From an uncultured virus (IMG/VR IMGVR_UViG_3300050821_008714) (lineage: Duplodnaviria > Heunggongvirae > Uroviricota > Caudoviricetes), in IMG/VR virus record IMGVR_UViG_3300050821_008714: a stretch of DNA of 20,000 nt; one strand, 5' to 3'. The notes below the pieces were generated by a model. The model made no database searches, was not told the DNA's origin, and saw only the letters and a program-made list of their open reading frames with translations. Numbering within the stretch: position 1 is the first letter of the stretch; the number at the start of each line of letters is the position of its first letter. A program made the position numbers and the translations under genes. Shown in pieces: positions 16,204-20,000 of this stretch.

Positions 16204-16800
16204 ATGGGAATCCCGCTGGTAGTCGCCGAGCCGACCGGCATGTACCGCCGCGACCTGCGCCGGTTCACCTACGGCAGCATCGGCAGCAAGACGATCTGCC
16301 CCGGACGCGATCAGGGGCTGTACCCGCAGGGGCACGACGCCACCGTCGTGCTCGGTTTCGTCACCGAGGCCGAGGCGGAGCGGGTGCACGGGGACAACTG
16401 GCCGAGGGACGACAGCCGCTGGCCGTCGCACTGCGCCACCTGCGACTACCGGTTCGCCGACGAAGACGGATGGCAGCGCAACGACAACCGGCTGTACCGC
16501 AGGCCGGACGGGTTCGAGTTCGCGCACTGGGGGAGCATGAAGGCCGTGCCGCCCGGCACCATGTGGCGGGTTCCGTGGGCTGACAAGCAGCACTCCGTCC
16601 ACCACCCGCAGCACGTCGAGTCGTGGTGCGTCGTCCTGCCGGACGGCAGCACGTGGATCACCAGCCAGGACGCCTCCGGCGGCGGGTACTGGACGGTCAA
16701 CGGCACGCCGCCCGCGATCGACGTGTCCCCGTCGATCTGGCACAGCCGGCCCGACGGCTGGCACGGTTGGATCCGAAACGGAGAGCTGGTGGACGCATGA
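16204..16800 (+). CDS. hypothetical protein with CxxC and DUF6527-like C-terminal domain (198 aa)
   Basis: HCATCDY; WTVNGTPPAIDVSPSIW...WHGWIRNGEL. Confidence 0.6.
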   Translation: MGIPLVVAEPTGMYRRDLRRFTYGSIGSKTICPGRDQGLYPQGHDATVVLGFVTEAEAERVHGDNWPRDDSRWPSHCATCDYRFADEDGWQRNDNRLYRRPDGFEFAHWGSMKAVPPGTMWRVPWADKQHSVHHPQHVESWCVVLPDGSTWITSQDASGGGYWTVNGTPPAIDVSPSIWHSRPDGWHGWIRNGELVDA

Positions 16801-17108
16801 GCAGGCTGACCGACGACCCGAACGACCCGGAGCTCACGCACGGCAGCGACGAGCAGCCGGTTCCGCAGGCCCCTGCGTACCTGGTGCTGAGCGAGTCGGA
16901 GCGCGCCAAGGGCTTCGTGAGGCCGGTGCGCCGCAGCTACGTGCACACCGGCGGGTGCGGCACCCTCACGACGATGAGCACGGCCCTGGCCGAGACGTAC
17001 GCGCGCGACCCGAATTTCTACGGCGGCACCTACTGCTGCGGGTGCCGGATGCACCGGCCGGTGGACGAGTTCACCTGGGACGGCACGAGCGAGAAGGTGG
17101 GCAGCTGA
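16797..17108 (+). CDS. conserved phage Zn-binding protein (103 aa)
   Basis: ATGA overlap; YLVLSESERAKGFVRPVRRSYVH..CG..TTM...AETYARDP.FYGGTYCCGC..H. Confidence 0.75.
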   Translation: MSRLTDDPNDPELTHGSDEQPVPQAPAYLVLSESERAKGFVRPVRRSYVHTGGCGTLTTMSTALAETYARDPNFYGGTYCCGCRMHRPVDEFTWDGTSEKVGS

Positions 17109-17109
17109 C

Positions 17110-18531
17110 ATGGCGTTCGCGCGCAAGACACCGGTACCCCTGTCGCAGTCGAAGCAGCGCACCGCCAGCGGCATGCGCGCACTGGCCGGGAAAATCGACG
17201 ACGAGCTGCCGGGCATGGCCGCCCCACAGCACCTGCGCGACGCGGCGCGCGCGCTAGAGTCCGGCAACCACGCGGGTTCGAAGCGGCACCTGATGGCCGC
17301 GATGCACACCATGACTCCGCTGTCGCTGATGCGCCACGGAATCCTCGACGACGACGGCCACGCCAAGGCCAAGGTCAACATGGATCTGATCAACCGGCAC
17401 CACATGCTGGTCAGCGATCTGGAGGACGGCGAGGCGCACAACAACGGCCTGCGCGCCGTCCCGGCCACCTTCACCCAGCCAAGCAACCTGCCGATGGGCG
17501 ACTCGATGAACCCGCAGAAGCTGCCCGGCGCGGCGGGTCCGGATGGCGGCCCCGGGCTCCCCAAGACGGTGAAGGCCGCGATGAACCCGGCCCCGGCGCA
17601 GAACTCCGGCATCGACCGGGCGATGGCCGGCGGCCCGAAGGCGCCGAGCGGCAAGGAGCGGCAACTGCCGGGGCGCCCGACGCCGCAGGCCGTGCTGTCC
17701 TGGGACGACATCGACCGGATGGTCGAGCTGTCGGCGCAGACCGCCCGGCTGGCGGCCACGCCCGCTCCGCGCGGCAAGCCGGGCGGCCCGGGGCTGTACG
17801 ACGTCGAGGGCATGGGCCACACCGCCTACCTCCAGCAGATCGTCAAGGCGCTGATCGAGAAGCGGGGGATGAAGCCCGGCAAGGCGTACGCCGTCGCCCG
17901 CGGCGCGATCCGCCGCTGGTCGTCCGGCGGCGGCAAGGTGCATCCCGAGGTCCGTGCGGCAGCCGCCGCGGCGGAGGGAGGGGAGCTGGCCAAGCAGGCG
18001 CGCGCGAAGGCCGTGCACGGGCACACCGCCGACTCGTGGGCGGGTGTGGTCGAGCTGGTCGGGACGGCGGCCGGCGCGGCGTCCGACCCCCGGGCGGCCA
18101 ACGGCACGTTCGGCGCCGGCGGGTCGTCGGCGCCCGCGCCCGCAGCGCCGCAGCAGTCGGCCAAGCAGGCCGCGGCCCAGAAGGCGCAGCTTCTGGCCAA
18201 GGCGAAGGCGGACCGGGCCAAGGCGGCGGCCCTGGTCAAGCAGCTGGCGGCGCTGACCGCCGCGAGCGCGGCGACGACCGCCGCGACCGCCAAGGCGACC
18301 AAGGCCGGGACGACCGGGAAGACCGCGTCCCCGACACCCGCCAAGAAGACCGCCGCCGCGCCGGCCGCACCGGCTGCGGCGGCCAAGAAGACCGCCTCCG
18401 GAGCAGGCGCGGCATCCAAGGCGGCGGCGCCGGCGACGACGAAGGCGCAGCAGGTCGCCGCGCTCAAGACGCAGATCTCCGCGCTGCTCACCCAGGCCAG
18501 CCAGGCGACGGCGATGGCGGGGAAGCTGTGA
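17110..18531 (+). CDS. multi-domain head-module protein with Ala/Lys-rich C-terminus (473 aa)
   Basis: Operon spacing and codon bias; central AYLQQIVKALIEKRGM...RRWSSGGGKVHPEVRAAA domain; low-complexity basic tail. Confidence 0.75.
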   Translation: MAFARKTPVPLSQSKQRTASGMRALAGKIDDELPGMAAPQHLRDAARALESGNHAGSKRHLMAAMHTMTPLSLMRHGILDDDGHAKAKVNMDLINRHHMLVSDLEDGEAHNNGLRAVPATFTQPSNLPMGDSMNPQKLPGAAGPDGGPGLPKTVKAAMNPAPAQNSGIDRAMAGGPKAPSGKERQLPGRPTPQAVLSWDDIDRMVELSAQTARLAATPAPRGKPGGPGLYDVEGMGHTAYLQQIVKALIEKRGMKPGKAYAVARGAIRRWSSGGGKVHPEVRAAAAAAEGGELAKQARAKAVHGHTADSWAGVVELVGTAAGAASDPRAANGTFGAGGSSAPAPAAPQQSAKQAAAQKAQLLAKAKADRAKAAALVKQLAALTAASAATTAATAKATKAGTTGKTASPTPAKKTAAAPAAPAAAAKKTASGAGAASKAAAPATTKAQQVAALKTQISALLTQASQATAMAGKL

Positions 18532-19658
18532 CCGGCCCGGGCGAGGCGGGCATCACCGGGCAGCTGCACAAGCTGCCGCCGGTCCCGGACAACCCGACCG
18601 CCGTGTCGATGTTCACCGCGCACCGGGTCAACGACATCAGCAACGAGCTGGCGCACGCCGAGGAGCGCATGCAGGTCATGCGCAAGACCAGCGGGGACCT
18701 GCGGCACTACAACAACCTGCATTTCGACAACCACCTGAAGATCGCCATGGACCAGGCGGGCCAGTTGAAGGACAACATGCTGGAGCACTACCCGGCCGAG
18801 GCGGCCGAGTGGCGGGCGCTGAACCAGGTGATGGACCTGGCCTCGGGCTACAGCCTGAACCCGCGCTCCGGCATGATCTCCCTCGACCTGCCGTCCGGCG
18901 CCATCTCCCCGGTGCCGGGCGGTGTCGACGACCACCACATCACGGTGGTGTACCTCGGGCCCGACGTGGATGACGCCGCGTTCGCGAAGGCGTGCGACCG
19001 GGCGCGCGCGGCGGCTGCCGCGATGCCCGGTCCGCTGTCCGGAACGGTCGGCGGGATCGGGACGTTCAAGCCGTCCGGCGGCAGCGACGGGAAGACGGTC
19101 GCCTGGGCGGGCGTCGTGCTACCTGGCGCCGACCGGGTCCAAAGCTCCCTGCAGGATCTGTCGGCCAGCGAGCACAAGGACTGGAAGCCGCATGTCACCT
19201 TGGCGTACATGGGGCCCGGCGAGCCGCTGCCCGCCCCGGTGCCGCAGACCCCGGTGCGGTTCACGCACCTGTCGGTGCACCGCGGCAAGGACGTGGTCCG
19301 CTTCCCGCTCGGCGGCGGCCCGGTGGAGATGTCGAAGGCGGTGAACCCGGCGGCCAAGGCGGCCTCGTTCGCGCACCTCCTTCAGACGATCATGTACGAC
19401 GGCGCGCACGCCCAGCGGCACTCCCAGGCGATGCTCGACGACACAGACGACACGTCCTGGAACTTCGACGCCGACCACGCCGACAAGCACCTGAAGGGCG
19501 CCCACGAGCACGCCCGCAAGCTGTCCGACCACATCAGGGACAACTACCCGGCCGAGGCCAGATGGCTGGACGAGCTGATCAAGAAGGAAGACCTGTCGAC
19601 CGTCTCCCGGCAGGCGGTGGAGCTCAACATCACCGGGCAGCTCGGCCATGGCCGATGA
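18528..19658 (+). CDS. 2H phosphoesterase (2'-5' RNA ligase/Acb1-like fold) flanked by duplicated His-rich domains (376 aa)
   Basis: GTGA overlap; HITVVYLG (His at 18936) and PHVTLAY (His at 19191) are the two HxT motifs. Confidence 0.85.
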   Translation: MTGPGEAGITGQLHKLPPVPDNPTAVSMFTAHRVNDISNELAHAEERMQVMRKTSGDLRHYNNLHFDNHLKIAMDQAGQLKDNMLEHYPAEAAEWRALNQVMDLASGYSLNPRSGMISLDLPSGAISPVPGGVDDHHITVVYLGPDVDDAAFAKACDRARAAAAAMPGPLSGTVGGIGTFKPSGGSDGKTVAWAGVVLPGADRVQSSLQDLSASEHKDWKPHVTLAYMGPGEPLPAPVPQTPVRFTHLSVHRGKDVVRFPLGGGPVEMSKAVNPAAKAASFAHLLQTIMYDGAHAQRHSQAMLDDTDDTSWNFDADHADKHLKGAHEHARKLSDHIRDNYPAEARWLDELIKKEDLSTVSRQAVELNITGQLGHGR

Positions 19659-19681
19659 CTCGATCAGCGGCCATGGCCGAG
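19641..19681. repeat. 14-bp perfect inverted repeat at the gene junction
   Basis: CTCGGCCATGGCCG-13 nt-CGGCCATGGCCGAG. Confidence 0.75.
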
Positions 19682-20000
19682 TTCGCGTCCTGGGAGCACC
19701 AGGCCCGAGACGCGCACGGTCGATGGGCGAAGGGCGACCGGCCCTGGGACCCCGAGCACGCCAAGATCGGCGAGGCCGTGCACGACTCGCTGGTGCGGTC
19801 GCGCCCGAAACTGAGCGGCCAGCAGGCGCAGCGGGTCCGGCATTACAGCGGCGACGGGTTCAGCGAGATGAACAGGCGTCTGCGCGACGGCACCCAGGAC
19901 ATGGCCGACAGACACGGCACCGACGCTCTGGACAGGATCGTGCGCGGATCGGTGGCGCAGCACGACATGGTGCTGCTGCACGGGCGCGCGCAGCTGGGCC
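19655..20000 (+). CDS. VIP2/exotoxin-type ADP-ribosyltransferase domain protein, 3'-truncated
   Basis: Hand translation: MTRSAAMAEFASWEHQARDAHGRW...LSGQQAQRVRHYSGDGFSEMNRRLRDG...DALDRIVRGSVAQHDMVLLHG. This matches the Y-x(4-7)-N-xx-LR...LD...D-x-V-x-x-(R)G start of the family; ATGA overlap with the previous gene. Confidence 0.7.
   Translation, partial: MTRSAAMAEFASWEHQARDAHGRWAKGDRPWDPEHAKIGEAVHDSLVRSRPKLSGQQAQRVRHYSGDGFSEMNRRLRDGTQDMADRHGTDALDRIVRGSVAQHDMVLLHGRAQLG

Noticed and set aside
18120..18480. Histone-like protein call for the Ala/Lys-rich stretch
   Set aside because: Compositional similarity only; it is a low-complexity tail of a larger ORF.
19648..20000. Alternative frame starting MADDSISG at 19648
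   Set aside because: It is open but Arg/Ala/Gly-rich with no motifs; the 19655 frame carries the ART pattern. A small frameshift joining the two frames cannot be excluded without reads.
1..20000. CRISPR array, integrase/att site, transposase, intein or reverse transcriptase
   Set aside because: No regularly spaced repeats or diagnostic motifs were seen, so prophage versus free phage cannot be decided from this window.

Overview
High-GC window that reads as part of an actinobacteriophage or prophage genome. Almost all genes are on the + strand and tightly packed with ATGA/GTGA overlaps. Positions 1-8325 hold accessory or early-type genes: a MazG-like pyrophosphohydrolase, a secreted GH16 glycoside hydrolase, a Zn-finger/HTH protein, an orphan DUF397 (BldB-like) gene and many small hypotheticals. 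This part also carries a repeated promoter/operator motif and a tRNA-like element with no canonical anticodon arm. Positions 8449-12060 form a lysis-like hydrolase cassette (DUF1906 glycoside hydrolase, papain-like C1 peptidase, permuted NlpC/P60, single-domain PLD). Positions 12065-20000 start the head module: terminase large subunit, Mu gp29-like portal and MuF minor head protein. These are followed by a probable effector cluster: a DUF6527-like protein, a Zn-binding protein, an Ala/Lys-rich protein, a 2H phosphoesterase flanked by duplicated His-rich domains, and a truncated VIP2-like ADP-ribosyltransferase missing from the ORF track. All family calls come from motif recognition by eye; no searches were run.
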